From Chiloscyllium plagiosum (taxonomy: Eukaryota), in contig NC_057746.1 in assembly GCF_004010195.1 (NCBI RefSeq), positions 27,600,374 to 27,664,373 of the forward strand: DNA of 64,000 bases, read 5' to 3'. A program made the position numbers and the translations under genes. Below the pieces are notes generated by a model, which ran no database searches, was not told the DNA's origin, and saw only the letters and a program-made list of their open reading frames with translations. The stretch's first letter is position 1. Each line of letters starts with the position of its first letter. This document shows, in pieces, positions 61,590 through 64,000 of this stretch.

Positions 61590-63201
61590 ATGGAAGACTT
61601 GCCTGAACTGTACATGATATTACAAGGCGAGGTATATCTTTCGATGTATACACACATTCTTATGTGCACTGTCCATAACTCTCTTTCAGTTCTGACTGGT
61701 GGCAAAAAAAATTCAACTCAAATTAATTTTTCAGGTTGCATCTGTAACAGAATATGGAGCATTTATTAAAATTCCGGGTTGCAAGCGACAAGGTAAAGTG
61801 TTGCTACAATTTGGTGCACAATATGTATATTTTATTGTTTTATACTTAGATGACATTTGTAAACTTCACTTTCTAATCACTGAATAACGCTAAACATATG
61901 ACATCATTGTGACTCTTGCAAAATTTGATATTCCCTGTTTTAGAAGTTGCCTCATTCAATATTTGATGCCAGTTGTGAATTTTTCAAAGCTCACTCTTTT
62001 AAAGCAAAGTAGCAGTCTCAGTGGTATATGTAAGAAATCTCAACAGATTAGGGAGCTCTGCCATAACAGTGAAAGTTACTGAGTGATGTGCCCAGTACCC
62101 AAGGTTGTGGGGACACTGTGGCTAGGATTAATTGACGGAATGCTTGTATTATTTTTCAGGTCTGGTCCACAAGTCGCACATGTCAGCAAGCCGTGTGGAT
62201 AATCCCTCTGAGATTGTTGATGTTGGAGAAAAGGTCTGGGTTAAAGTAATCGGGAAAGAGGTACAGGTGCTAACCCTGGACACTTTTGAAGCTGCATGCA
62301 ATCTTGAGATCATTTTTCCAGTTTCTTTCCTCTGCTGGTCTATGGAATAAATTGCTGAGTTTCCAAAGTGCAGCAGAATTTAGTAGATGTTGATTATAAA
62401 TGGATGAACAATTTTGTCACGGTGCTTGTAAGACTTTTTCAGTTCAAGCACTTTTAATGAAATTGAAAATGCTGAGGTTACCAGGTCAGCTGCTATCTGA
62501 GAGAAGTTTGGCAATCATTCCTCACAACAAAGCAGCAAGAGAGGAAGAAGGATCAAAATGTAAGGAATGGTAGGGTAAAGTAGGAGAAATTAAATGACAA
62601 AATGAGAAAAATTAATTCCGATCAGTAACTCTACCACCCTCACATTTTGTTTAATTAGTGGCAACTGTTTGTCAAGGTGTTGCATCCTTTTAAACCAATC
62701 GTTTTATAACCATCTGATTACCATCTCTTTTTACTTTGCGCCATCATCCCTTTTGTCATTTAAATTCACCTGCCTTCCAGCCCATCATAGAGTTTCCCTT
62801 TTGTTATTTATCCCAACGAAATTATGGAAATACACAGCAGGTCTGGAAGGTTTGTCAGGAAAGAAAACCAAGTTAATTTTTCAGCTTGGTGACCTCTCAT
62901 TAGAACAGAGAACAGTTGCAAATGGAACAGGTTTGTCAGTATCCATGTGGACATGGAAAGGCTGCGGTGGGCAGTCATCTTTAAATCTATCCTTCTTTAC
63001 ATTACAGAGTCCCTGCTCTTTATATGTACACGGCGGCAGGTTTTCTTTTTGGGATGAAGCTCTTGTGTATGATATATGACGACAATTAAAACTAAGCTTT
63101 TGTTTTAAGGTAAAGGATGGCAAAGTCAAGCTTTCTCTTTCAATGAAGGCTGTTAATCAGGGATCTGGGAAGGACCTCGATCCAAATAACGTTATTCTTG
63201 A
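61590..63201 (+). CDS. ZCCHC17: ZCCHC17 / pNO40 (S1 RNA-binding domain), first four coding exons; the gene continues beyond the window
   Basis: Exons 61590-61631, 61735-61792, 62160-62260, 63110-63201 (all ag/gt) give MEDLPELYMILQGEVASVTEYGAFIKIPGCKRQGLVHKSHMSASRVDNPSEIVDVGEKVWVKVIGKEVKDGKVKLSLSMKAVNQGSGKDLDPNNVILE, matching the vertebrate ZCCHC17 N-terminus as recalled. Confidence 0.93.
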
Positions 63202-63243
63202 GTATGTGTTTTTGATCAAGGCTTTGGCTTGTTTTCTTGTAAC

Positions 63244-63704
63244 ATAGAGTCATAGAGATGTACAGTACAGAAACAGACCATTCGGTCCAACTTGTTCATG
63301 CCGACCAGATATCCTTACCTAATCTTGTCCAATTGGCCAGCACTTGGCCCATATCCCATTAAACCCTTCCTATTCATATACCCATCCAGATGCCTTTTAA
63401 ATGTTGTCATTGTGCCAACCTCCACCATTTCCTCTGGCAGCTCATTCCATACACACACTACCCTCTGTGTGAAAAAGTTACCTCTTGGCTCCCTTTTATA
63501 GCTTTCCCCTCTCACCCTAAACCTATGCACTCTAGTTCTGGACTCCCTCATCCCAGGGAAAAGATATTGTCCATTTATCCTATCCATGCCCCTCGTGGTT
63601 TTATAAAACTGTATAAGGTCACCCCTCAGCCTCTCATGCTCCAGGGAAAACATCCCCAGCCTATTCAGCCTCTCCTTATAGCTCAAATCCTCCAACCCTG
63701 GCAA
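63244..63704 (-). mobile_element. CR1 3' end in a ZCCHC17 intron
   Basis: MLPGLEDLSYKERLNRLGMFSLE...RGNFFTQRVV..WNELP. Confidence 0.88.
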
Positions 63705-64000
63705 CACGGTAGCACAGTGGTTAGCACTGCTGCCTCACAGCACCAGAGACCCAGGTTCAATTCAAGCCTCAGGCGACTGTCTGTGTGGAGTTTGCACATT
63801 CTCCCCATGTCTGCGTGGGTTTTCTCCGGGTGCTCCAGTTTCTTCCCACAGTCCAAAAATGTGCAGGTCAGGTGAATTGGCCATGCTAAATTGCCATAGT
63901 GTTAGGTGAAGGGGTAAATGTAGGGGAATGGGTCTGGGTGGGTTGTGCTTCGGCGGGTCAGTGTGGACTTGTTGGGCTAAAGGGCCTGTTTCCACACTGT
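63705..64000 (+). mobile_element. HE1 SINE
   Basis: cacggtagcacagtggttagcactgctgcctcacagc... Confidence 0.9.

Overview
Vertebrate genomic DNA, almost certainly an elasmobranch (shark): it carries many HE1/V-SINE copies and CR1(HER1)-type LINEs, and has one 500-N gap (7262-7761). Genes: (1) the 3' half of a TRIM/B30.2 gene on the minus strand (2223-4848), frameshifted, with no 5' exons found; (2) a complete six-exon RING/B-box/coiled-coil/PRY-SPRY TRIM gene on the plus strand (19672-28100, about 475 aa); (3) a 10-finger C2H2 zinc-finger gene on the minus strand (37163-38005); (4) the first four coding exons of ZCCHC17/pNO40 (61590-63201), with a CpG/CCAAT promoter at about 58.6-58.95 kb. Four identical tRNA-Gly(GCC) genes and one tRNA pseudogene lie in a locally amplified cassette of up to about 3 kb; one copy is in TRIM intron 3. 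The most striking signal is a type I hammerhead-ribozyme-like fold 40-50 nt downstream of every tRNA copy on the opposite strand. Its CUGAnGA box is degenerate in all copies, so this remains an inference. Separately, several Penelope-like-element fragments carry minimal hammerhead cores (CTGATGA..GAAAC GTH), one in sense orientation in TRIM intron 2. All calls are by eye; no alignments or folding were run.
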